A program made the translations under genes and the position numbers. A model generated the notes under the pieces. The model made no database searches and was not told where the DNA came from. It worked only from the letters and a program-made list of their open reading frames with translations. Of a DNA stretch of 64,000 nt, positions 37,701-52,200 are shown piece by piece. This DNA comes from Vairimorpha necatrix (lineage: Eukaryota): NCBI GenBank assembly GCA_036630325.1, contig CP142731.1, positions 558,001 through 622,000 of the forward strand, read 5' to 3'. How positions within the stretch are numbered: position 1 is the first letter of the stretch; each line of letters begins with the position of its first letter.

Positions 37701-40700
37701 TCTTCAATTCGTCTCTTTGATTCTTCTTTGCTCAAATCGAATATATAGCTGTAAATATCTAGTTAGCTAACACTTCAGAAAAATACTCTTTAATAGAAGC
37801 AAAGTCTTTCTGTTTAATTGATTCTAATAAGCTTAGATAAAATTTTCCATTCTCTTTAGGAAATTTAATATTTAGCAATTCCTTTTTAATTTTAATAAAT
37901 GAATTCTCTGTTAATCCATTCTTATAGTATTCATCCTTAATAATACTATACACTATTAATCCCATTTGGGAATCATTCCAACCATTACACTCTCCGAGGT
38001 GTTCAAATCTTTTGAACCACTGCAAACTAATATCTTTTTGTATATCATTTATGATTAATATTTTTTCTTTCATAGTTATATCTGTACCTTGTATTTTCTT
38101 TTCAAAGGTAATGTATTTATCAGTAGAAAATTCCTCCTGATGGTTTACTTTAATCGTTGCAGTTGATATCAACTTGGCGTGCTGCACAGGGATGCGGCTT
38201 GTTCTAAAGTAATACTCTAAAGAACTATATGTCTGCCCGTCTGTCTCTGGCAGGCTTTTATAATGTTTGTTGTAATTATTTTTATTTGATACCTTTTCCT
38301 TTGGGTTCATCTCCTTTTTTTATGGGTTTAAAATCAAATATTTTAAAAATAAGAAGGAGGGAAAATAATGAAAAATTGTAATTTCATCCTATAGGAAATA
38401 GAGATGTTATGTGGTCATAATACCACACTTCCATAACTCATAAAATTTCACGTCTAATAATACGGAGACCTTTTACAACAAAAGAATGATTATATAAGTA
38501 TTTAAGCCAAGAAAAAAAAATAATGATGATTAAGATAATTTTTATTTTAAAATAAGCTAAACGAAGTTTTCGTGTAGATTAGTATTATTATGTTTGTTCG
38601 AATAAATATCAATTAGAAATAAACTCTATTAATAATGATTTTCATAAAAAATAAATAATGCATATTTCACGCTTGTAAACGACATGAGTTCTTTACAAAG
38701 ACCCATTATTATAAGATTCAGATTCAAACTTTTAAGTCATTACTTTAATAGTAATATATTAGAAAAAAAAAAAGAAGTGTTAAAGAAAAGTGTTTTTTTG
38801 TGTATTGAGAAAATATGTGACGTTATTACTGGGGACTTTGCCCAGTTTTTCATACAATTCTAAATAATTTTTTATTAGAGGCTCTTCTAGCCTGTATTGG
38901 TCTTTGTTAAGTTTTGACCTGTCATAGCTTTGCTTATGACTTCTCTTCTCGTAGCTCATGCCCTTCTTTTCAAAAATAAATATTTATAAAAAATAAAATT
39001 CTAGAAAATTCATTTTTTCTAGAAAAAGTTTTTATCAGAAAAAATGATTTTCTTGACATGTGGCTAATACCACAGTCTGCCTCTCCTAGAACTTTAGATT
39101 TTTGATGTGGCTCCAACCTATATTCCCCTTTAACCTGTCCCAATATCCTTTCTTACTAACCGCTTCGATTCTTCGTAATTTTGTAAATTTATATCCAAGC
39201 TTATTAGGATTAAATAAGCGTTCTCGGCAGAAATCTCCCACTTTAGCTAACTGTAAAGTGGTTGCACTATAAGGATATTTATATGATATTGGTCTTCGCA
39301 TAGGATCGTATTCATCATATTCGTTTATAATGGAGAATGGTGATTTGCCTATATTCCCAATATAATTTCGGTTTATCGCATTTTCTGCGTTTGCAAGAGC
39401 GAGTCTAATTTCTTTACCTTTATTTATACTCAACACAAATGTAATTGTCTTTTTGATAGCTTCTGATATACCATTAGAACTAAGGGTATATGTAGGTATT
39501 AAGGTATGAATAATCTGTTGTTCAGCTAAGAATTCTCTAGTTTGCTTGCTTATGTATTGGCGCCCATTGTCCGATATTAAAGTTTTGGCTTGCCGTACGT
39601 TTCTATCCAATTTTCTAGAGCTTGAATTACTGACTCTGATTTTACTGTGTATAAAAAATATAATCGTGTAAACCTCGAATATATATCCGTAATTGTTAGA
39701 ATATATCCTACCTCTTTTCTACCAGAAGTTATGAAATTATCTAAATTAAACGGTCCATATATATCCGTACTAATCTTCTCAAATTTTTCCGTCGCTATCA
39801 TTTTACTTTTTCTATATCTTAAATAGTTATTACCTTTGAACACACCACATGTGTTACATTTCTTTGTTATATTTATTATTCTTTTAAACAGCCCACTTAT
39901 ATAATAATAATTCTTTAGGTTGTAATATAGCGTGCTACTTCCTCTATGTTCACTATACTTGTGCATAAATTCTAAAAACCTCTCTACCTTTTCTTTTTTA
40001 TAATGATCCTGTTGTTTTGATCTGTTAAAAATGATCCATTTTTTTTATAGAGACAACATTCTTTTATAATGTTTGTTATGTTGACTGCGTTTTCTCCATT
40101 TTGATGTAAAAGGGGCGCTTGATTTCTAGATAGTTGATCTGCCAAACAGTTCTCCTTTCCATTTACATGTTTGATTGTATGACAGAATTCGTTTAACAGC
40201 AACTTCCACCTGCTAATCCTTGAACTTGAGGCTTTATTTTCATAGATACAATTTTTACTGTCCGTTAATACTTCCACATGAGAACCTTGTATGATATTTA
40301 TAAATTCAAGTAACGATAGTATGATTGCTAAGAACTCCTTCTCTACGATTGTGTAATTTAATTCTGAACCTGAAAATTTCTTACTAAAGTATCTGATTAC
40401 CTTTCATTCTTGTGTAAGTACACTTCCCATTCCTATATCGCTAGCATCGCTTTCTAGCATAAACCTTTTTGAGTAGTCTGAAAAACTTAGATGATGTTTT
40501 TCTTTAATCCATATTTTAATCTTATCTATTTCATTCTGCATATTTGAATTAATTTTTATCGCTTTATTTTTATTTGACAACATGTTTGTAATGCTGCTAA
40601 TTTTTCTAGACATGTCTGGTATAAATCTTCTGTACCAATTTAATACTCCAAGTAATTTCTGCAAATCTCGCTTTGTTTTTATTTCTTTATTAAAAATCGA

Positions 40701-40916
40701 GTTTTCTAAATAACTCGTCTTAGGGAAAATCCCCTTATTGTTAACTCTATATCCTAATAGTTCTATTTCTTTCTGGAAAAATTTTGATTTGTCAAAGTTG
40801 ATTTGTATTCCTTTATCATATAATCTCTTTAACACCATATGTACGGTTTTAATATGATCAGACTTCGTCAAATTATATATGATTATGTCATCGATAAAAA
40901 CAAATACATTATCTAT

Positions 40917-43900
40917 TGTGGACGGCGGATAGTCCGGACCAATCAGATTGTCTTCTTGACATCTGAAACATGATAATTCTGAAACAACGTTTCAGAATTA
41001 AATATAAATACATCCTCGAATTTATGAGGATGGGCAATAATAAAAAGAATACTCTAAAACCTCATATTTCGGCTAACGTCAACACTGGCGACAACGCAAA
41101 CCAATCTGTTGAGAAGGACAGATTAAGTACTTTACTAGAAGCAGTGGGCTTCAGGAAGGATGGCATAAGACCATTCAGTGGTAAAGGAGGCATGGAAGTT
41201 GAGCTATGGCTGGAACAATTCTCGTATTTAGAAGGGGAATGGAAAGGCGAAAAACTTCTATCCTATATGAAACCCTATGTCGTGGGAAGAGCGAAAAAAT
41301 GGATGATAGCGATGGAAGACATCGAATATACTGACTTCATCAGTTTTAAACAAGCTCTTATTACTAAATTTGGTGTAAATAAACAAACGACAAGAAATGA
41401 AATCAAAGAGTTATACAGAATATTAATATCTGGTCCTAACGAAAGTGGCCTGGAAGATTTCATAATGGAGGTTATAACCCAGAATAGGAAAGCTAAATTA
41501 GAGTTTAATACAGTCAAAATGGAACTGATCGAGTTTTTCCCAACTGTTCTTCACGACAAAGTAAAAGAGTCGATGGACTGGAAGAGCATCATCAAAATCT
41601 TAAATGATAACGAAGATTTTATTAAAAGATTAGGTAAATATAATAAAATTACACCAGAAATAAAGTCTAAAAACTCATCTTTAATAACAAAACAGAGAAA
41701 AGATACTAAAGCAGAAATTTCATGTTTTAACTGCGGAGGGCAACATTATGCGAGTAGATGTCCGAGCAAAAACCAAAATCTGAAGAAAGAAAAAGCGGCT
41801 TATTCAAGTTCTAGAAGGGCTCAAATTATTTCTAAAGACACTAAAAAACTCAACGAAGTCAATGAAAATAAAACTGATTTAGTTTATTTAACAGTCAAAA
41901 TTTATAATAAAACTGTTAATGCCTTACTAGATACAGGAGCATCGCATTCGTTTATAGATAAAAGTCTCATACAAGAATGTAAGTTAGAAAACATGAGAAG
42001 AGAACGCATAACAACTGCCACTGGTATAGTTTCTAGTTATGGTAGCATTAATGGAGTCCTGGAGATTGAAGGAAAGAGGTACAAAATCCCCCTCCAGGTG
42101 ATGTGTCCATTAAGCGAAGATGTAATATTAGGAAGAGATTTCTTGGAAATAAACAAAGGAGCGATTGATTTCCATAACAAAAGAATTACTCTTGGGAAAA
42201 ATATATTAAAAACCGGAAATATAAAAAAAAATATGGATTGTCTGGAGTTAAGACATATATCTAAAGAGACATCACGACAGCCAAGTGTTCACAGCACATG
42301 TAACACAACGTTGGAATTAGTCAAAGACTACTTTGAAAGGCTGAAAGGACGTGAAGAAGGTCTCAGCAATACGTTGGGAATAGCCCATAAAATTGATTTA
42401 CGCCCCAACGTGACAATAGCTAATATGAGAAGTTATACTATGGACGGTAAAAAGAAGGAGTTCATAATTAACGAATGCCTAGAGTTGGCTAAAAATGGAA
42501 TCATAACAGAAAGCGTGAGTAGGTGGAATGCACCTATAGTAGTGGTTAAAAAACGCACGGGAGGACACAGGATGTGTATAGATTATCGAGAATTAAATAA
42601 TCGAACGGTAAAAGAAGTTTGCCAGCCTCCAACTATTGAGGAGTGCCTTAATTCATTGAGTGGAGCAAGATATTTCACACAATTAGATCTAGAAAAGGGG
42701 TATCATCAAGTGCCCATGGATCCAGAGTCACAAGAGTTGACAGCCTTTATGTCACCAGTAGGTAAGTTTCAATATAGAATGATGCCTTTCGGCTTAACTA
42801 ATGCCCCGGCAACATTCCAGAGACTAATGTATGGAGTTTTCAGAAATTTAACAAATTCCAAAGTCGTAGTTTATATGGACGACATTACCATATATAGTAA
42901 AACGCATGAAGAACACCACAGAGATGTAAGAGAGGTCCTTCGAGTCTTGTTAGCAAACGGACTTAAAATAAGTACTGAGAAAAGCGTTTTCTGCACAAAG
43001 AGGGTGGATTTATTAGGTCATTCAGTAATGGATGGAAAGGTATTCCCAGATGAAAAGAGACTAGGTCCTTTTAAAGATAAGCTAAAGATAGAAACTATTA
43101 AACAGTTACACTCATTTGTTGGCGGAATAGGCTACTTCAGAAACTATTTTAAGAATTTTTCTAGTAAAACATTTATATTAAACGAAATAATCAATAGGAA
43201 AAGAGAATTTTCAAAAATTGAAGTCGAGAAAACTGTAAATGACTTACGACTAGAATTAATAAATTCGGCGTTTTTAGAACTCCCAAATATGGAAGAGATG
43301 TTCATAATAGAAGCAGATGCATCAGATTATTGTATAGGCGGTGTTCTCAAACAGAAAAAGAATCAGAAGGATGTGGTCATCAGATTCTGTAGCAGAAATC
43401 TAATGCCTGCTGAGAGGAACTATCCTACACTTGAAAAGGAAACTCTTGCAATAATTTATGCGGTGAAGACTTTTAAAAACTATTTACATAAAAAATTTGT
43501 CATAAGAACAGATCACAAATCTCTTGTATGGCTTTATAAAGTCAAGAATCCACAAGGAAGGATTGCTAGATGGTTGATGTTCCTGGCAGACATGGAATTT
43601 GTGATTGAATATAAGAAAGGGAAAGATAATGTAGTAGCAGACTGCCTTTCAAGAGTCCAATTAAAATCAATAACCAAGGAAGATGGCGATGGGGCGTCTA
43701 CGAAATTAATCTTAGAAGCTCATTCCTTAACTGGACATAGTTGTGCCAATAACACGTACAATTTTTTGAAGATACATCATGCGGGATCAGGAATATCTCG
43801 AGATAGAGTGAAAGATATATTGAGAACATGTGGAACATGTTTAAATTTAAAAGGAATAGACCGTTCAAACAATATCCAACAAATGTAGAAGGAACATTCA

Positions 43901-44938
43901 TGGAAATTGGGATCGACTGCATCGGTCCACTGCCAAAGTCGAAATCAGGACACAAATTCATTGTTCTCGCAACCGACTACTTTACTAAATGGGTTGAGGG
44001 TAAAGTTCTAAAAAAGAAATCGGCAGAAGAGATAGCAAGATTTCTAGTGGAAGACGTATTCTCAAGACATGGGACGGTCAAAACGATCAGGAGTGATCAG
44101 GGATTAGAGTTCACAAATAAACTAGTGAACTCAGTAGCATCGTTATGGGGAAGTAGATTTAAACATTCATCTCCATACCACCCACAAGCTAATGGTCTTG
44201 CAGAGAGAACAAACAAGACCATGATAGAAAAAATATCAAAAGCCATGGTAGATCATGAACAGAACTGGGATAGAGTATTCCCGTATGTGTTAATGCAATA
44301 TAGGATTGGTATAGTGGAACGCTTTAATGCGTCACCCTTTATGTTACTATACGGCAGAGAGCCTTTAGTTCCAAGCAATTTAATTGAGATACCATCAGAC
44401 TTTGATTTATATTTTGTTGATCCAATTGAATATGTAAGACAGAAAAGAGAGAAAATAAATATTATTAAAGAAAGAATAATGGAAGTAGAAGATAAGAAAA
44501 AGGCTAAGTCTAACGAACGAAACTTATATAAAGCAGACCCCAATGACTTAGACATAGGAGATACAGTTCTTTTAAAGAAACACGCACTATTGAAGAGAAA
44601 ATTCGAATCACCATACGAAGATGAAGAGTTCGAAATTATCACTAAGAAAGGCAAAGGTGCTTATCAAATAAGAAGTTGTAATGGAGGGAAAACATTTGAT
44701 ATTAATCGAAAAGATTTAGTTGCTGTAACCGAAACTGAAAAGACGATATCTTATTTGATGAAGGGGAGAGTGTGGACGGCGGATAGTCCGGACCAATCAG
44801 ATTGTCTTCTTGACATCTGAAACATGATAATTCTGAAACAACGTTTCAGAATTAAATATAAATACATCCTCGAATTTATGAGGATGGGCAATAATAAAAA
44901 GAATACTCTAAAACCTCATATTTCGGCTAACGTCAACA
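40917..44938 (+). mobile_element. Ty3/Gypsy element, recent, tRNA-type PBS TGGCGACAAC (probably tRNA-Ser)
   Basis: Identical 168-bp LTRs 40917-41084 and 44771-44938; 6-bp TSD ATCTAT; PPT GAAGGGGAGAG. Confidence 0.96.
40970..44820 (+). CDS. Gag-Pol with one frameshift near 43860 in integrase
   Basis: CCHC knuckle, LDTGA, YMDD, ADAS; integrase core in ORF 43828-44820. Confidence 0.88.
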
Positions 44939-46204
44939 ATCTATATTACCTAAAATGTTTTATATATACCTTTGAAATAGTTTGGGACCGGGCTTGATTC
45001 CAAATGAAATTCTGTTATACTGCCACTGCTGTCCTAATAGGAAAAACGATGTAATCTCTTTGCTTTTTTCATCAATTCTTATTTGATTAAACCCATTACT
45101 AAGGTCTAATTGTGAGAAATATTCATTTCCCCATGTTAAGCAAGCAATTATCGATATTTGGTAGTATCCAAGGGTCATCTTCTATAACTTTATTAACTTC
45201 TCTGTAATCTACCACCAGCCTAAGATCTTTATTCTTCTTTTCTATGAAGAATGCAGGACTAACTGTATTTGAAAAACTTTTCTCTATAATATCTTCTTTT
45301 ACAAGTCTTTTTATTTCTTCCTTTGCCTTATTTATATATTGAAAAGGAACAGTGTATGCCTTTCTTTTAATTACAGGGATGTTTTCTTTTATATTAATAG
45401 ATGCAAATTCTCCTTCCAAGTATTTAAAACTTTTGTTATTTTGTTTGTAAAGACCAACATATATTTAACTTTTCATCTTCGCTAACAATGCATGACTTAT
45501 TTTCTAAATATTAATCTAGTCGTTCTCCAGCTTCTTCCTCCATTCCTTGAATTTCTAATAATATCTTATCGATTTCTACTACTCCTGCGTGTGAGTCGCT
45601 TTCGCGTTAACATTGTATAAGAAATCGTTGCCCAGGATGAAGTTAACAGGAGCCTGACCTAATACGTAAAAGCTAGTGTTAAAGGCCCTATCCTTTAAGA
45701 ATAATTCTACATTAACCATTTATCGCAATCTAAGGTTGTAGTATTTCCAAAAATTGTTTTTAGTCCTTTGCCTTATACGACTTGTAATTTCAGTCAGATT
45801 CAATTCTTCTTTATTAATGTAATTATTTTTTGATCCGCTGTCTACTAGAATCTCACCCTTTTGGTTATTTATAGTACATTCCACTATAACATCTTCAATT
45901 ATTTTTTTTCTTAATTTAATAATCATATTTTTGTCAGGTTTATGATTACTTTCTTGTCTTTGATTATTTTTATTTTTTTGCAAGTAGCAATGTTTCGTAT
46001 CGTAAGATAGTTACTCTTATGAAAACTACACCACTTCTTCATCAAGTTACCAGCTATTGAGTTATAGTTCCGAATCATTTGATTTGGCTTTTGACTCATG
46101 TTTATTATTAATTCGTTTTCAACTTGAATTAGATATTCAATATTTCATTTATGGATCTATTAATCATATTCAAACGCGTTAATTCCAAATGCGTGAAATT
46201 GCTC

Positions 46205-49200
46205 TGTCGTAGCCCATCAAGTCCAGCCAATCATCTTTCGACAAATGGACGTATTTGATTGGCTACTTAAACTATTTAAATTTATTTCCAAAAGAGGGGA
46301 TGGAAAATTCGAATAAAGCATTTGACATGGCGACAACCTCGAATAATGCAAACTATTTCTCCGGGGAGCCAGGTGAAGATGTAAACACCTGAATACGAGA
46401 TATAATGATGTTGGGAGAAGTCTCTGAGTGGACAGAACAACAAATGAAAAAGCGCTTATTTTTAAAATGAAAGGGAATGCTTTATCCTGGGCATCTCAAG
46501 TCCTAGCAGGAAAGATGAACTATATAAGCCTAGCAGACTTTATAAAAATGTTGAAAGCCAGATTTGGAACGAATAAAGATAGTGACATAACATTGAGCCG
46601 ATTTCTCTCTCTTCCCATACCAGAAACAAGGGAAGACTTTTCTAAAATGTTAACACAAGCCACGATCATCTCTGAAAGAAAACAAATTTACTTGAATGCA
46701 TTATTTCAAATGATTATTAACAAATCCCCACCCGAAATAAAATTATTATTATTCCAAGCTTCTAAATCGGCCGAGACTTGGGGAGTCTTTGTCCAAATGG
46801 CGGAAGAAATAGCATGGATTCCATATCCAGATAAGATGTTGTCTATAGTAGAAGAATACGGACGTAAACCATCATTTAATTACAATTATGGCAGAGGGCC
46901 AATTAACTACAAAAAACATGGTAGAGAGACACCATATAACAGAAAACATGACAAGGAATCATTTTCAGAGAGAGACAGTCAGGAAATTCTCACTTAAACA
47001 AGAAACATTGCATCGTGCATGGAGAAGGATTGCACGCAACAAGAGAATGCAAAAAATTATCTAAATTTATTAAAGAAGAAAAGAGGAAGTCATCTGGTAA
47101 CATCAACATAGTCGAAGAAGAAGAAAGGAAACATGGCCACGAAATAAACGACGATGTTTTTTGTATATTATGTAGAGTTATAAATAGCGATAATCCTTTT
47201 GTCGTAGAAGGTTATGTCTTTAATAACAAGGTTAGTGTTTTATTGGATACTGGAGCAGATGTGTCACTCATCGGACAATCAGATTTACCAATTGATCTGC
47301 ATAAACATATTAATACATACTCAGGATTTGTTAAAGGAGCAGGTAATAATACATTAAAATTTATCGGACAGTTAAAGAACGTTACTATAAAATTAAAAAA
47401 CAAAACTATAACATTTTTATCACTAATTATGCAAGATACAAGATACATAATTCTAGGATCTGAAGTAATAAAAAGAAATTAAGCTTAGTCACTGAGATAT
47501 TTACAGAAATATCACCAGATATCAACAAAAAAGTTAGATACTGCAACGATCTAAATAAAACAAAAATCGAGGAACAATATTGTGATGTTAGTTTAAGCAT
47601 CACAATTATAAGGGCTATAAAATATAGACCCATCAAATATTTCATTCATGACATGTCGAATCGTGAATAAATTAACAAACAAAAGAATATTGTAAAAACA
47701 TGCTTACAAATGGAAAAGCACTAATCTTTATCCAAATTGTTGAACATAATTTTAAATTAAAAATAAAATATAAAAGGAAGTTTGTTTTGGAAGGGGACGA
47801 ATGATTGAAGAGAAAGATACAATTCAAGGCAGAGAAAAAGCCATTAATAAAAACAGTTATAAAAATAAACAAATATTCACTAAAAACATTTTAGAAAGCT
47901 ATTACAGAAATAGCACAGTTCCTTTTATACAGGACAAATTTGAATTCAAAGATAAAACTGTATTCAATAATGAAACTAAAAAAAAATCCAAGGAAGGATT
48001 AAAATTTAAATATACGATCGAGGAGATCGATTTAGAAGTTGAAAAAAATTTAAGTATTATAGCAGACATTGAGGAGTATGATGCTGCCGAATTAGAGCAC
48101 TGGTTTGAAGATTTCAACCAGATAAGCAGACATAAAAAATGGGACTTTAAAAAACAAAGAATAGCCTTAGGAGAGCTAGTTAGAGACCCAAAATTACAAC
48201 AAATATTTTCCCTATCAGAAATGGAAAAAATTAAAATATTTATAGAAAAAAAGATGATTATAAGGGTGAGTTCTGAAATGCTGCAACTGAAACTAATGGA
48301 ATGCAAGCAGACAAAGTATAGATACATTAAAGAATACTTAATAGAGTTAAAAGAGTTGATTGACCAGTACACTAGAATTGAAGGTCTTACTAGAAAAGAA
48401 TATGAAAGAAAATTAAGAGAGAGAGTTTCTCCTTGGGTTTAGGATTTGCAACTAGATTAAAAATTATGGAATTAAAAATGGAAAAAATTGAGGACATCGT
48501 TTTATATCTGGAATCAGTGGAGCAAAGTTTAATACTGGAGGTAAAAGACGTGAAATAAAATATAAATGCGTCAACGGAGATCGAACGAAATGCAGAAATG
48601 AAAACACCAACTACATGAATAGCAAATGGTGTAGCTTTCATAAGAACAATACTTACAGTTTAAAGGATTGCTTCGTATTAAAGAATAATACTTCTGAACA
48701 TTCAAAGGAAAGATCTAAACATAACAGAAATGATAAAAATAATCAAGACAGAGTATTTATGATGAAGGAAGTTGAACCGAGCAGACTAGATTTAGAAATA
48801 GAAGGTGAAATATTAGAATGTAAAAAGAACGTTCTGCTCGACACAGGAGCCTGCCGCAATTTCATAAACGCAGAACTGGCAGAAAAACAGAATCTATTAA
48901 TTAGAGAAGAGAAACCAATTCAAATGGTTACGGCCACTAATCAGAGCGTCGAATTGAAATCAGTAGTAGACGTAGCTTTGAAATTAAAAGGAATAAAAAG
49001 GGAATTTAATGTCATGCTGTACGTACTAGATAAGTGTATGGTCGACGTTATTTTAGGTAATACATTCATTTTTTCAAACGAAATGATTCTAAATTTCAAA
49101 GAAAATACAATTAAGATTGACAATGAGAAAATCAATGTGTTAGAAGAAAATGAGAAACTCAAAGAAGAGAATGAGTTAGATAGCATATTTTATGATAAGC

Positions 49201-52200
49201 TGGGAATGGTAAAGGAAGTTAACAAAGAAAACAGCGAATTAAATAATTTAATATATTTTTATAAAAAAATTAATGAAGAATTTAGGGTAACTAAAATAAA
49301 TCCCGTTAAAATAAAAACAACCAGTAATCTAGATGTACCTTTAAGGAGTCTTTCATATAATGTCCCACATAAGTATGTTGAAACAGCTAGGATAGAAATT
49401 AAAAGACTTCCGAATGAAGACATCATAGTAGAAGTAGATGCAGATGTTTATAGTCCAGGATTCTTTATAGAAAAGAAAATAAGGTTTTGAGAATGGTCAT
49501 CGATTATAGAAGATTGAACGAGATCATAATGGATGAACAATTTGATATACCAAAAATATTTGAGAATTTGCAACTCATAGGCAACATGGCGTATTATTCA
49601 AAGATTGACTTAAAAAATGGGTTCAATCAAATCCCTTTAGATAGAGATGGCCAGAAAATTACAGCCTTTAAGATCATGAATAAAACATATATGGATAAAC
49701 GAATTCCATTCAGAATAAGATCAGGACCTAAGATTTTCCAAAGGGTCATAACCGAAATGCTTGAAGGAATAAGAAATTGTTTTGTGTATATAGATGATAT
49801 AATTATATACGGAAAGGACAAAGAAGAACACGACGAGATAGTAGTGGAAGTGCTACGAAGTTTAAAGAAATATGAAGTGAAAATAAATTTTGAAAAAAAC
49901 AAGTTTTTATAATACAGAAATTAAGATATTAGGATTTTTTATTAATAAAGAAGGAATATTTGCGGATCCAAAATATTTAGAAAATAAAGTTATGGATAAT
50001 ACACCAAAAAATAAAAGACAACTCCAGAAGATAATAGGGGTGTTTAACTGGTATAGAAGATTCATAAAAAACATGAGTACCAAGTTACACAAAGTAACGA
50101 ATCTATTAAAAGAAGAAAAGTTTATATGGAATGAAGAACATCAAAACATCATAAAAAATCTTAAAGAAGAGATCAATAATAATACACAGTTAGTGTACCC
50201 AAATTTTCGGGAAAAATTCATTTTAGAATGCGATGCTTCTGACGTAGGCATAGGCGCAGTGCTATATCAAAAAAGCGGTGTAATTGGATACTTTAGCAAA
50301 AAATTGAACAGTACAGAACAAAATTATTCGATAGTAGAAAAAGAGCTTTATGCAATAGTAAAAGCATTAACATTTTTTAGAGAGATAACTCAAGGATATT
50401 ACGTTGAGATTTATACGGATAATGAAAATTGTGTCTACGAAACAAATGTTTCACAACTAGAATGGAACGATGGAAATTCTATTGAACGACTATAATTTTA
50501 CATTAAAGAAAATAAAGGAAATCGAAAATAATTTTGTCGATAATTTATCGGCAATTAAAGGTAAGGAAACGCGGAGAGTACTATACAAGAGCGAAGTTAA
50601 AAAGTATCTAGAAGACAACATGGATGAAGTAGGAAAGAAGAAAGTAAAAGATGGTAAAAAATAAGAAGAGTTTCTAAAGTTTATACACGAAGAAAGTGAA
50701 CACGCGGGAGTAGTAAAATGCTACTACAACATAAAAAATTATGTAAAAATAAAAAATCTAGGAATGAAATTAAGGGGAATCATAAGAAATTGTTTGAACT
50801 GCAAAGAATATAAAAATAATAACAAAACTAGTAGTGAAATTGTCCCAATAGTAGCAAAAGAGCCATTTGAAAGAGTTAGTTTCGATATCTACGAGCCATT
50901 TGATTTAGAAAATTATAAATGCACTACACAAAAGACAAAAGGATACTTTATAACCATGACAGATATCAAAACAAGAATTACACATATCAAGTTCACTACA
51001 AAGATAACGGCCGGGAATGTAATCAAAACTTATCAGAGATGGATAGAAAAATATAAAACCCCCAAAGTAATCATCACAGACAATGGTAAACAATATAGGA
51101 ATAAACGATTAATAAAATATCTAGATCAACAAGGAATAAAAGCTAGATTTGTCCCGGCATATACGCCGAGCTCAAACGGAATTTCAGAAAGAATAAATCA
51201 AGTAATATCTGAAACTTTGCGAATTGTTAAGGATTAGCGATTGAAACAATCAAAAGAAAAATCCTGCATAGATTAAATGAAAACTATAATACCAGCGTAG
51301 GTTGTTCGCCGATGTCAACGATTACAAAACAAAATTATTTCAATTTTGAAGAAAAATGCGAGGAATTCAAAATCAGAGAAGTTAAGAACCAAGGAATTAA
51401 AATTAATGAGAGAATTAATGTAGGGAACGAGGTTTATAAAAAAAAATTTAGTAGTAACAAGTTAGACAAAAGATTTATTGGACCCTATAAAATAATCGAA
51501 ATCGGCAATAAAGGAAGATGGATCAAGCTAGATAACAATGAATGGGTACATTCAAGAAATTTAAAGCTTTAGGAGAGGGCAGAATGTGATGTTAGTTCAA
51601 GCATCACAATTATAAGGGCTATTAAATATAGACCCATTCAAATATTTCATTCATGACATGTCGAATCGTGATTAAATTAACAAACAAAAGAATATTGTAA
51701 AAACATGCTTACAAATGGAAAAGCACTAATCTTTATCCAAATTGTTGAACATAATTTATAATTAAAAATAAAATATAAAAGGAAGTTTGTTTTGGAAGGG
51801 GACGAATGATTGAAGAGAAGAACGTAGCTCAGCAGAGAAAATGCCAATAATAAAACAACTTATAAAAATAAAACAACATTTACTTATAACATTCTAGAAA
51901 GCTATTACAAGAATAGCAAAGTTCCTATTATACAGGACAAATATAAAGATTTATTTAAGACCGAAATAGGAGAATTTAATTTATGTGCAGCAGGAAAGCA
52001 TAGCATACAAGTTAATAGCGGTAAAATAATCTGCCAAGGAAATGGTAGAATACCAATTATGCAAGAGGAAACAATTGAAAAGGAAATCCAAAAATTACTA
52101 GAGCTGGGCATAATTAGAGATAGTAAAAGCCCTCGGTGCAGTAGGATAGTCATGGTTCCGAAACCAGATAAAACGTGAAAAATGTATATAGACCATAGAG

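Larger units (their letters stand above)
29423..38427 (-). mobile_element. Ty3/Gypsy element (degenerate), palindrome-PBS type, hosting Merlin, Ginger and MULE
   Basis: 5' LTR 38175-38427; 3' LTR 29423-30920 split by Merlin; PPT GGAAGGCAGAA; gag-pol fragments (IDSGS, YIDD, SDNGRQY); no TSD found. Confidence 0.88.
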
